Shown piece after piece: positions 19,043-27,799 of a stretch of 62,073 nucleotides of DNA; within the stretch, counting starts at the first letter, position 1, and each line of letters begins with the position of its first letter. The notes below the pieces were generated by a model. It saw nothing but the letters and a program-made list of their open reading frames with translations, ran no database searches and had not been told where the DNA came from. Both the position numbers and the translations under genes were made by a program. The DNA is from an uncultured Salinivenus sp. (lineage in GTDB: Bacteria; Bacteroidota; Rhodothermia; Rhodothermales; Salinibacteraceae), in contig CAZTDC010000001.1 in assembly GCA_964612165.1 (NCBI GenBank), positions 1 through 62,073 on the forward strand. Direction: 5' to 3'.

Positions 19043-20101
19043 TTACTCGTAACGGAATACCGGTTGCAGCATCTCGCTCCCCTCGCTGTCCAGCTTCTGG
19101 TAGGTTACCTCAGCCTTGCGCTGTGGGAAGACATAGTCCACCAATGCTCCAGGCTGCAGCTCTTTCATTAGATCCAGAACCGTTCGCATCCGACGCTCTT
19201 TGGTCCACCGACCACGAAACTGGGGATCAATACTGCTGACCTGACTGGATCGAACCTCTGCACGGGAACGGTGAAACCGGCCTCCAAGGTCGATATCCGT
19301 CTCTTTATCCCCATACCAGGACCCTACGATAATCCGGCTGTCAAATCCGGTAACATCTATTGCATCATTCAATGCGGACAAGCTCCCGGATAACTCGAAC
19401 ACCAGATCGGCCCCTTCATATCCGGCCCCGTCGGCTTCCTGAGCATCAGCAGATGTTATTCCCAACGCCTTTTTGAGATCATCGATACCATTCTGTGGGT
19501 CGAAACTGAGATTTGCCCCCCACTCTTCGGACTGTGAACGACGGTCTCCACTTGGCTCGACAGCAAAAAGACGATCGATGGGAAAGCGTGACAGGAGTGC
19601 CGTCGTGAGAAGGCCTACGACACCCTGTCCGAAGACGACAACCTGTTCCCCGACCACCGGCCGCCCGTCCATCAGAAAATTGACCGCCGTTTCGACATTG
19701 GGAATCAGAACGGCGTCCTCCTCCCGTACGGACGACGGCAACGGGATGAGATCATCAGGTGAAGCCAGAAAATGAGAGGCGTGGGGCTGAAACGAAAAAA
19801 CGCGCTGCCCCAACCACCCTTTGTCCACAGACTCCCCCACAACCTCGACCTCTCCGACGGCGGCGTACCCATACCGAATTGGATACGAAAGCCCCCCGGA
19901 TAGAGCGTCAATGCTCGGATCCGCAGGAAGATCATCCGGGACGTTCCCGCGATAGATCAACCGTTCGGTGCCTGGACTGATCGCCGACAACGTCGTTCGA
20001 ACCCGTACTTCTTCCGGCCCAGGCAAGCGCAGCGGTTCTTCGACGATCTCTACTTCCCGAGGCGCGGAAAACGAAACGACGCGCCGAATAGATGATCTCA
20101 T
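19043..20101 (-). CDS. Medium-chain dehydrogenase/reductase (Zn-ADH-like fold)
   Basis: ISPGTE, GYAAVG, NAD-binding VFGQGVVG, FELSG, GSWYG, SSQV; start at ATG 20101 or TTG 20116. Confidence 0.85.
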   Translation of the reverse strand: MRSSIRRVVSFSAPREVEIVEEPLRLPGPEEVRVRTTLSAISPGTERLIYRGNVPDDLPADPSIDALSGGLSYPIRYGYAAVGEVEVVGESVDKGWLGQRVFSFQPHASHFLASPDDLIPLPSSVREEDAVLIPNVETAVNFLMDGRPVVGEQVVVFGQGVVGLLTTALLSRFPIDRLFAVEPSGDRRSQSEEWGANLSFDPQNGIDDLKKALGITSADAQEADGAGYEGADLVFELSGSLSALNDAIDVTGFDSRIIVGSWYGDKETDIDLGGRFHRSRAEVRSSQVSSIDPQFRGRWTKERRMRTVLDLMKELQPGALVDYVFPQRKAEVTYQKLDSEGSEMLQPVFRYE

Positions 20102-20133
20102 AAACGGTCTATCCAATCTGCACGTAGGACGGT

Positions 20134-21480
20134 CTAATCCGACCAGCTGGGATCTCCTTCAAGAATCAGATCGTCCCCGAGCCAACGGTATTGAATGTTC
20201 TGCAGTCGAGGAAATGTCAGGTCGTCCGTTCCGGAATCGTGCAGGTTCTTGAGCGCAGATTTTCCCCCAATGAAGGTCGGGGCAATCGTCAAAATGAGGT
20301 GGTTTACGAGCCGGTTTTTCAAAAAGTTCGTGATGATTTCCGCTCCTCCCTCAACCATAACGCTCTCGATTCCCCGATCCCCTAGTGCTTCCAGGAGCAA
20401 ATCAAGACAAATGCCCTCCCGATCGCAGGAAAGACGAATCACCGTTGCCCCCTTCTCCTCAAGCGCTGCCTTCCGATCATCCGGGGCCGCCTCGTTGGTA
20501 GCGATCAGGGGCGTTGGCCCCTCGCAGGAAAGAATTTGAGCGTCGAGCGGGATGCGAAGCTGGGTGTCGAGAATGATGGGTTGAGGGTGTCCGCCCTCGG
20601 AGTGACGAACATTGAGACGAGGATCGTCGGACAAGACGGTTCCAATTCCCACGAGAATAGCATCATGCGCCGCCCGAAGTCGATGGGTAAATTGAAGCGA
20701 TTCAGCGCCACTTATGGCAAGAGGAGTTCCCTCTTCTGCTGCAATCGAGCCATCAAGGCTCTGTGCAAAGGTCAGTGTGACAAATGGGCGGCCTTCTCGA
20801 TCAAAGAATGCAGCGGCCCGCTGGCGGAGTGCACTCACACCGGTACTATGTGGGTTTTCACGCTCCCCCCCTGTCAGTGGACCAAGGTCTAACAGATGAC
20901 GCATCCGTTCAACCTTGGTTTGCAAATAATCGGTATTGTGCTGATTCAGGTGGGGCTCAAGGGGCACCCGTTCTTCAACGGTTATGCCGTGCTCTTCAAG
21001 GCTCTCGATTTTTTCAGGGTTATTCGTGAGAAGCCGGATGGAAGAGATCTCAAGATCCTGGAGAATGCGTGCTCCGATCGAGTAATCGCGCTCATCGGCG
21101 CCATGCCCCAGTATCAAGTTGGCTTCAACAGTGTCGTATCCCTCATCCTGCAAGTCATAAGCCTTGAGCTTGCTCAGTAGACCAATCCCCCGTCCTTCTT
21201 GTCGAAGATAGAGCAATACACCAGCTCCTTCCGACGCAATTCGGCGCATCGACGCATTCAACTGTTCCCCACAGTCACAACGTAGTGAACCGAGGACGTC
21301 ACCCGTGAAGCACTCCGAATGAACGCGAACGAGGACGTCGTCCTTCCCTTCCACGTCTCCGTAAATGAGCGCAAGGTGATCCTTGTCGTCGTCACTGTTT
21401 TCGTACAGCGACAAAGTAAATTCCCCGTCTACGGTGGGGATGCGTGTACTCGTAAGTCGGCGGACAGACAGTGTGGCCAT
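20134..21480 (-). CDS. ribA: GTP cyclohydrolase II fused to a RibD C-terminal reductase domain
   Basis: RVHSECFTGD, LRCDCG, QEGRGIG and LLTNNPEK, then AQSLDG, ILVGIGTV..DDP and VEGGA. Confidence 0.9.
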   Translation of the reverse strand: MATLSVRRLTSTRIPTVDGEFTLSLYENSDDDKDHLALIYGDVEGKDDVLVRVHSECFTGDVLGSLRCDCGEQLNASMRRIASEGAGVLLYLRQEGRGIGLLSKLKAYDLQDEGYDTVEANLILGHGADERDYSIGARILQDLEISSIRLLTNNPEKIESLEEHGITVEERVPLEPHLNQHNTDYLQTKVERMRHLLDLGPLTGGERENPHSTGVSALRQRAAAFFDREGRPFVTLTFAQSLDGSIAAEEGTPLAISGAESLQFTHRLRAAHDAILVGIGTVLSDDPRLNVRHSEGGHPQPIILDTQLRIPLDAQILSCEGPTPLIATNEAAPDDRKAALEEKGATVIRLSCDREGICLDLLLEALGDRGIESVMVEGGAEIITNFLKNRLVNHLILTIAPTFIGGKSALKNLHDSGTDDLTFPRLQNIQYRWLGDDLILEGDPSWSD

Positions 21481-21663
21481 GAGTGAGATCTGCCAGTAGA
21501 GCAGGGCAGAAAAACGAACCCGAACCCGGCACGTCGATCAGACTACGGAGAAACCAAATTTCTCTTCTCCGCCCGAATGAGAAGGTGCAAATTCTTGTTT
21601 CCAATACGGAAAATTGAGACACCTTTCCTCCATTGTCGTTTCTTGTCACTTTTCAAATTACAT

Positions 21664-21675
21664 TACAATAACGGC
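21664..21675 (-). repeat. Variant of recurrent 12-mer (TACAATAACGGC on +)
   Basis: 2 mismatches to TGCAATAACGGA; intergenic. Confidence 0.45.
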
Positions 21676-21751
21676 ACCGATTTCAGCAGAACCGATTCGT
21701 GAAATAAGTGTTGAGAAAAGAATAACAGCCTTTGTCGATCATTTGAGCTTA

Positions 21752-21771
21752 TTGACGTGAAAACGTTTCGG
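21752..21771 (+). promoter_or_regulatory. Putative -35 (TTGACG) with adjacent LacI-type operator-like palindrome
   Basis: TTGACG at 21752, then TGAAAACGTTTCGG, upstream of the thiD-like/lacI pair. Confidence 0.4.
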
Positions 21772-21842
21772 GAATCAACCCATGTACGTGTCTTGTCGAG
21801 GCTGTCACATAAACGTTCGAGATTTCGAAAAGAACCTCCCTC

Positions 21843-22706
21843 ATGAGTTTTCGCCCTATCGTCGTCGGTGCTCTTTATCCCGGTTTGTCTCGTGGCCTGA
21901 AAGCCGATCTATTGACCACTCAGGCCCTGAGCGGTGCTGCTCACTCAGTGTGCACCGCCCACGTAGTAGCTGGTCGGGGCGTTGTAACCGACGTTCTCAA
22001 TGTTCCTACCGATACCGTCTCTGCACAGTTCGAACACCTGTCAGAAACCGAATCGCCGACCGCTGCAAAAATAGGAATTATCGGCGACGCCCCCACGGTC
22101 GAGACCACCTTTGACCATCTAGATCAGCTCGACGGTCCAGTCATTCTCGACCTTACCCTGAGCGGGCCCAGCGGTGAGGACGTGCTCGGCCAGCGAGGAC
22201 TTGATGCCCTCATGGAGCACCTGGACGAACCCGATCTCGTCGCCATTCGAAAAACCGACGCCTCACTTGTGGCCGGCATGGAGATTCCCAGTCTCGACGA
22301 CGCGCAAGTTGCCGTCCAGCGCATTGCCCAGCGCGGCGCACAACGGGTACTTCTTCGCTGTGGACAGCTTCCCGCTCACTTTTACGATACCGATGGCGAC
22401 CCTCCCGATTTTTCGGTTGACTTATACTACGACGGTGAGGATATTGCTCTATTCGAGGCCCCCTTTCTCAGTGGACTCGACGACCTGCACGGGGCATCCA
22501 GCGGGCTTCTCCTTCCCCTTTTGCAGATGATGCAGCGGGGAACCTCAATTGAACCGGCTCTTCAGCAAGCAAAGGGCCGAGTCACGGAAGCGCTTCGAGC
22601 CGTTCATGATCGTGAATCGACTGTCCCAGACCAGGTCTTTTTCGACGCTCTTCGAGAAGAGTCCACCGCTCAGGATCTTGACGTAGACGACCTTATCGAC
22701 TCCTAG
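21843..22706 (+). CDS. ThiD/PdxK-like ribokinase-fold protein with degenerate motifs
   Basis: GLKADL, AKIG, VILD and LVAGMEI...AVQRI match the ThiD layout; LHGASS replaces THGTGC. Confidence 0.7.
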   Translation: MSFRPIVVGALYPGLSRGLKADLLTTQALSGAAHSVCTAHVVAGRGVVTDVLNVPTDTVSAQFEHLSETESPTAAKIGIIGDAPTVETTFDHLDQLDGPVILDLTLSGPSGEDVLGQRGLDALMEHLDEPDLVAIRKTDASLVAGMEIPSLDDAQVAVQRIAQRGAQRVLLRCGQLPAHFYDTDGDPPDFSVDLYYDGEDIALFEAPFLSGLDDLHGASSGLLLPLLQMMQRGTSIEPALQQAKGRVTEALRAVHDRESTVPDQVFFDALREESTAQDLDVDDLIDS

Positions 22707-22767
22707 ATCCAGGCCTCCTCCTTCGATCACAACCGCACCCTGACTCTCGATATCACCTTTGCTTCCC

Positions 22768-23802
22768 ATGCCTGACGACGAACAGGAAAAAACGACCATA
22801 TATGACGTTGCGGAGCATGCGGGTGTGGCCATCTCCACCGTCTCCCGCGTGCTCAATAACTCTCAGGACGTCTCGGATGCCACACGTGAGCGAGTGATGG
22901 GCGCTGTACAAGAGCTCCAGTTTCGTCCAAACCGAACGGCAAAGTCGCTCGCGAAACGCGCAACGCGAACCATTGCCGTCGCCGTCCCAACCTTCACGAC
23001 CCCCTTCCACAACGAGCTTCTGAAGGGCGTACGCGATCGTCTTGACGACGCCGACATCGACCTCCTACTTTGTGATCTCGACTGGGAGGCGCCCCGGAAA
23101 ACGCTCTTCAACTTCCTTGAACGGGGGGCCATGGACGGTATCATTGTAGCTGGGCTTCCAATTGACGAGGATACCGGCGAGGAGTTGGTGTCCCTCGGCG
23201 CCCCCGTCATTCTCATTGGGAGCCGATGGCCGCCACTTGATTCATTCTACTGGGAAGAAGAACCGGGCGTCAAACAGGCCATAAACCACCTCCTCGAAAA
23301 AGGTCACACCCAAATCGGCATGATCACCACGCCGCACAGCAACCGGCTTCGGGATGCCCGGGTGAATGGCTACAAACAGGCGCTGGAGGACGCTGGGCTC
23401 GACTTCGACGAAGAACTCGTCGCGCACGGTGAAACCCGCAAACACGATGGGTTTAGTGAAGAGTCTGGCTACGAGGCCATGAATGACCTTCTATCCTTAG
23501 ACGAGCCCGTGACGGCCGTCTTTGCCAGCAGCGACGTTCAGGCCATTGGCGCCTGGCAGGCCATCCGAGAGTCTGGCCAAGAGGTGCCCGACGATTACAG
23601 CCTCGTGGGTTACGACGACATCAAAGTGAGTCGCTTCATCGGCCTTACGAGCGTCGCCCAGAACATGCATTATGTTGGCGAGAAAGCGACCGATGTCCTT
23701 ATGAATCGACTCAACAATACCGGCTCCGACGAGCCTGTCTCCGAAGTCGTGACGCCGGAGCTCCAGATCCGAAAATCCAGCCAGCCCGAGTTTATTCAGT
23801 AA
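22768..23802 (+). CDS. LacI-family transcriptional regulator
   Basis: TTIYDVAEHAGVAISTVSRVLN HTH; VFASSD, VGYDDI, LTSV. Confidence 0.95.
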   Translation: MPDDEQEKTTIYDVAEHAGVAISTVSRVLNNSQDVSDATRERVMGAVQELQFRPNRTAKSLAKRATRTIAVAVPTFTTPFHNELLKGVRDRLDDADIDLLLCDLDWEAPRKTLFNFLERGAMDGIIVAGLPIDEDTGEELVSLGAPVILIGSRWPPLDSFYWEEEPGVKQAINHLLEKGHTQIGMITTPHSNRLRDARVNGYKQALEDAGLDFDEELVAHGETRKHDGFSEESGYEAMNDLLSLDEPVTAVFASSDVQAIGAWQAIRESGQEVPDDYSLVGYDDIKVSRFIGLTSVAQNMHYVGEKATDVLMNRLNNTGSDEPVSEVVTPELQIRKSSQPEFIQ

Positions 23803-23870
23803 CCACTGACTGATTCGTACCCCCCTCCCGGCTCATCCAAACCCGGCACGACACCGATTCCCCTCTCCCT

Positions 23871-24851
23871 ATGGACCGACAGCTTCTTACGCAGCACCTT
23901 GAACATACTCTCCCCGCAACACACTACGAGGATCTCGGCTCGCGGTATCAGGGAAAAGTTCGAGATACGTACGAGCAGGACGAGACACTCATCCTGGTCA
24001 CGTCTGATCGCATTTCGGCGTTCGATCACGTCCTTCCCCAGACCATTCCGTTCAAGGGGCAGGTCCTCAACCAGACGGCCGCCTACTTCTTCGACGCCAC
24101 TGAGGACCTCGTGCCCAACCACGTGATTGATGTCCCCGATCCCAACGTGACGGTCGCGAAGGCCTGTACGCCGATTCCCGTCGAGTTCGTCGTGCGGGGA
24201 TATCTAGCCGGCCATGCCTGGCGGGAGTATCGAGACGGCGCGCGCTCACTCTGCGGCCAGTCGCTTCCGGACGGCCTTCGCCAAAGTGAGGCGTTGCCCA
24301 AGCCCATTTTGACGCCGGCAACGAAGGCCGAAGAGGGACACGATGAGGACATCACGCGTGAAGAGGCTATCGCAGCTACCGATCTCGACGTCAGCACGTT
24401 CGACCAGTTGCGCGACTGGTCTCTCGCTCTCTTCGAGCGCGGCACGGAACTAGCGAAAGAGCACGGCCTCATTCTCGTGGACACCAAATACGAGTTCGGA
24501 CGCACGCCGGAGGGCGACTACGTCCTCATCGACGAGGTACATACACCCGACTCCTCCCGATACTACTACAGAGACGGTTACGAAGAACGTCTCGAAAGAG
24601 GCATTCCCCAGGAGCAGCTCTCCAAAGAATTCGTCCGGGAATGGCTCATGGACCACGGATTTCAGGGCCGGGAGGGCGAGGAGATGCCAGATCTTCCGGA
24701 AGCCTTTCGGGCCAGAGTCGCCGAACGGTACATCGAGCTGTACGAGACCGTCACGGGCCGTGACTTTGAACCCGATCTTCATCCCAATCCAGAAGAGCGA
24801 ATTCACAAGGCACTAAGTGAATACGCTCAAGAAGAGGCAAAATACCTTTGA
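23871..24851 (+). CDS. purC: SAICAR synthetase
   Basis: YQGKVRD, SDRISAFD, EFVVRGYLAG, TPATKA, LVDTKYEFG, DEVHTPDSSR. Confidence 0.96.
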   Translation: MDRQLLTQHLEHTLPATHYEDLGSRYQGKVRDTYEQDETLILVTSDRISAFDHVLPQTIPFKGQVLNQTAAYFFDATEDLVPNHVIDVPDPNVTVAKACTPIPVEFVVRGYLAGHAWREYRDGARSLCGQSLPDGLRQSEALPKPILTPATKAEEGHDEDITREEAIAATDLDVSTFDQLRDWSLALFERGTELAKEHGLILVDTKYEFGRTPEGDYVLIDEVHTPDSSRYYYRDGYEERLERGIPQEQLSKEFVREWLMDHGFQGREGEEMPDLPEAFRARVAERYIELYETVTGRDFEPDLHPNPEERIHKALSEYAQEEAKYL

Positions 24852-24876
24852 TTCTCAGAGGTATAGTTGTACTTAC

Positions 24877-25683
24877 CTAAGCTGTGACATAGGTCTCCGG
24901 CCTTCGGTCACCGAGGACATCATTCATTTCATTGATGTTGCGGTCCCGAGCATCGGTGGGGTTAAACGACACAATTCCCACCTCATCGCCCGTCCGATCG
25001 GCCCGTCTGAGAATTTCCCCTTGCGGATCGCAGATTTCGCTCATGCCGATGAACGTTAGTTCCTCGTTTCCTTTGGCTTCGGTCCCGTACCGGTTTGCTG
25101 TAATCGTGAAGACGTGATTCTCCCGTGCCCGAATAGGCATTGAATCCGGACAGTGCGGCAACACGAGGTTTGAAGGGTGTGCAATCACATCTGCCCCATT
25201 CAGGGCAAGGCTGCGGGCTGCCTCTGGGAAGTACCAGTCGAAGCACACCATTACGCCCAACTGGTAGGACATTCCCTCCCGGGTCGTTACATCGAACACT
25301 GGAAACCCAAGGTCACCCCGGGCAAAGAGCGACGTCTCCTCGTAAAAGAGATGGACTTTTCGGTACGTTTCCGTGCTCCCATCGGGACGAACGAGAACCG
25401 CACTGTTAAAGACATCGTCTCCCTCCCGTTCTGCCAACCCAGCCACGAGCGTGGTTCCGGTCCCCCCCGCCCACTCTTGCAGTTGCCGCGTGGATCGCCC
25501 GTCCGGGATCGGCTCTGCAACCTCTCGAAGATCCTGCGCCGACTGAAAGAAGTACCCGGACGTAAATAACTCCGGAAGGACGACAAGGTCAGCATCGACA
25601 CCGTCCAGAAGCTCGCCGACCGTCGCAAGATTGCGTTCGACAGCAAGATACTCTGGGGCAAACTGCAGATAGGCTGCCTCCAT
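24877..25683 (-). CDS. Carbon-nitrogen hydrolase (nitrilase superfamily)
   Basis: Catalytic E-K-C in LPELF, YRKVHL and VCFDW. Confidence 0.92.
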   Translation of the reverse strand: MEAAYLQFAPEYLAVERNLATVGELLDGVDADLVVLPELFTSGYFFQSAQDLREVAEPIPDGRSTRQLQEWAGGTGTTLVAGLAEREGDDVFNSAVLVRPDGSTETYRKVHLFYEETSLFARGDLGFPVFDVTTREGMSYQLGVMVCFDWYFPEAARSLALNGADVIAHPSNLVLPHCPDSMPIRARENHVFTITANRYGTEAKGNEELTFIGMSEICDPQGEILRRADRTGDEVGIVSFNPTDARDRNINEMNDVLGDRRPETYVTA

Positions 25684-25708
25684 GAGACTTTTACCTATTA
25701 GATCTATA

Positions 25709-25720
25709 TGCAATAACGGA
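25709..25720 (-). repeat. Copy of recurrent 12-mer TCCGTTATTGCA
   Basis: Exact TGCAATAACGGA on the + strand, 25 bp upstream of the CN-hydrolase ATG. Confidence 0.8.
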
Positions 25721-25783
25721 AATCAAAACTCTAGTCTCTGCTAATTTCACTATCTTCCTTTCCACCAGTAGAGTCGACTGGCG

Positions 25784-26281
25784 TCAGGATGACGAGTCAA
25801 GGTCAGAGAGCGTATCTGCGATGGCGTCAAAGTCCGGCTGGTTTCCGGCATTCTCGAGGACCTCTTTGTAACAAATGGTTCCTTCTTGATCAATCACAAA
25901 AGCAGCTCGTCTTGAAATCCGATCGAGGTTCATTGGTGTAAAATTGGCCTGGTACTTCGCCCCGTACATCTCACTCACCTTGGCGTTGTGATCACTGAGC
26001 AGTGGAAACGAAAACTCATGGACAGAACGAAACTCTTCTAGCACAAATGGCGAGTCGGTCGAGATCCCAACGATGTCCGCATCTCCAAAGCGATCGATGT
26101 CATTGTTGACTGTGTTCAGTTCGGTGGTGCAGACACTCGTGAACGCCCCGGGAAAGAACAAAAGGACCACAGGCGAATCAAGGTGCTCCGACAGCTTCCA
26201 CGGTTCGTTGTCGTTGGTAAAGAGCTCGAACTCAGGGGCAGGCTCCCCAACCTCGGGAGAGGGAAGGGCGTCGCTACTCAT
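25784..26281 (-). CDS. Peroxiredoxin (AhpC/TSA, AhpE-like)
   Basis: FFPGAFTSVCTTE (PxxxTxxC), GISTDS, LLSD, RAAFVID. Confidence 0.9.
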   Translation of the reverse strand: MSSDALPSPEVGEPAPEFELFTNDNEPWKLSEHLDSPVVLLFFPGAFTSVCTTELNTVNNDIDRFGDADIVGISTDSPFVLEEFRSVHEFSFPLLSDHNAKVSEMYGAKYQANFTPMNLDRISRRAAFVIDQEGTICYKEVLENAGNQPDFDAIADTLSDLDSSS

Positions 26282-26338
26282 AACAGAATCGGGTCATCGA
26301 GAAGAAAAAAGATAGAGCCGACAGAGGAAATCTTCGGA

Positions 26339-27598
26339 CTACTGGAATCGAATGGCCTGAACAGGCTCGACGCGGGCTGCGACTCGCGCCGGAATGTAGG
26401 CCGCAAGTCCACAAAGAGCCAACGTGAGAACACTCACGAGTACGTAATCGAGGGGATTCAGTTCAATCGGCGCTGTCGTCATATAGTACGCCTCGGCAGG
26501 AAGAGGAATCAGCTCAAATCGTTGTTGAATGTAACCGAGCGTGAGCGCCAACCCGGCGCCAATCGTCGTGCCAACTGCTCCTATAAGGAGCCCCAGTGTC
26601 AAAAACAGGCGCTTGAGTGTGCGTTGCGAGGTTCCCAGGCTCTGCAACACCCCAATCTCGCGGGTCTTTTCAAGGATCATCATGAGGAGTGCCCCAATGA
26701 TGTTGAAGGCCCCCACCAACACAATCACACCAATGACGAGTGGGATGATGCTCTGCTGCAGGTCGACCCAGGCGAACAGCGAGGTGTACGGCTGTAACTC
26801 CTGAATGGTCTGGGCCGTGGCCGGGAAGTCGAGGCGACGTTCGATCGACGCCGCCACAGAGTCGACAGTCGATACATCCCGGACTTCCACGTCAAATCGG
26901 GTCACAGTACCGGCAGAAAAGCCTACAAGCTGGCGTGCCGTCGACAAATCGGTGAAGACGAAGTTGTCGTCGATGTAGGCAAGAGACGTTTCAAACGTGC
27001 CGGTCACTATGAATTGCTTCACGCGAGGGCGTTGCAACTGGAACCCCGATCCGCGTTCTCCCTGGTTTCGAAGCGAGAACGCCGTGACCGTCTGCCCCAC
27101 CTCCAACCCCAACCGATCGGCGAGCCCCGCTCCTACCACCAACGCCGGTTGCGACGTGTCAACATCTTTCAACTGAAATCCTCCCTGCTTGGCGTGCCGT
27201 CGCAGATAATCGGGGGCTTGATCGGTTCCGATAAGCCGCACGCCATCGATAGAGCGTTCTGATTGACGGAGAAGAACGATTTTCTCAACCCGAGAAACAG
27301 CCTCCGTCACGCCGGGGGTAGAGGAAAGCGAGGCCTGTAGCTTCGACGCGTGCGGGAGCGGCTCATCGTGGAAGTAGCTTTGAACCTGAATGTGGGCCCC
27401 AAAACCCGTGATCTTTTCCGTGATCTCCTCACTAAAGCCCCGTACGATTGCCAAAGATAGCAATAAGGCGGCGACCCCGAGCGCAACGCCTCCGATTGCT
27501 ACGTAGGTAATAAATCGAAGAAAGCTTCGTCCCTCCGACCCCCCTTCGGCTCCACGGAGGTATCGAAGCGCCATCACATACTCAAAACGGGAGGACAC
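26339..27598 (-). CDS. LolC/LolE-like lipoprotein-releasing ABC transporter permease
   Basis: ALRYL, TM1, periplasmic domain, FNII..LMMILEKTREIGVLQSLG, YIPARVAARVEP; likely GTG start at 27598. Confidence 0.88.
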   Translation of the reverse strand: MSSRFEYVMALRYLRGAEGGSEGRSFLRFITYVAIGGVALGVAALLLSLAIVRGFSEEITEKITGFGAHIQVQSYFHDEPLPHASKLQASLSSTPGVTEAVSRVEKIVLLRQSERSIDGVRLIGTDQAPDYLRRHAKQGGFQLKDVDTSQPALVVGAGLADRLGLEVGQTVTAFSLRNQGERGSGFQLQRPRVKQFIVTGTFETSLAYIDDNFVFTDLSTARQLVGFSAGTVTRFDVEVRDVSTVDSVAASIERRLDFPATAQTIQELQPYTSLFAWVDLQQSIIPLVIGVIVLVGAFNIIGALLMMILEKTREIGVLQSLGTSQRTLKRLFLTLGLLIGAVGTTIGAGLALTLGYIQQRFELIPLPAEAYYMTTAPIELNPLDYVLVSVLTLALCGLAAYIPARVAARVEPVQAIRFQ

Positions 27599-27687
27599 AG
27601 CCAGGGCTGATTCGTGCCGGATTCGAACGATGATCATCTCAACGAGCCAATCCCTACGGAGTTGCGCTTTGAACTCGCGGCGCGGTA

Positions 27688-27780
27688 TTGACGCAAAGTG
27701 AATTGGAAGCGATTCCGAACAAGAATCTCACCCCAACCGTATCGTAACATTCGAAACCCATTCCCTCCGAATCGCTCCCA
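27688..27780 (+). promoter_or_regulatory. Putative pruA promoter with two LacI-type operator-like sites
   Basis: TTGACG at 27688; GGAAGCGATTCC at 27705-27716; inverted near-copy CGAATCGCTCCCA at 27768-27780. Confidence 0.35.
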
Positions 27781-27799
27781 GACGCAAGCTCCACAGATT

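Noticed and set aside
19026-19053. Full 11-6-11 dif-like site around the 19029 motif copy
   Set aside because: The right-arm TTA is simply the stop codon of the MDR gene, and the other motif copies lack a right arm
15467-21480. Integron or prophage around the recombinases
   Set aside because: No recognisable IntI-specific motifs, attC-like cassette array, phage genes or flanking direct repeats
21481-21842. FMN or TPP riboswitch in the ribA/thiD-like divergent spacer
   Set aside because: Conserved RFN and THI-box sequence blocks not found on either strand by eye
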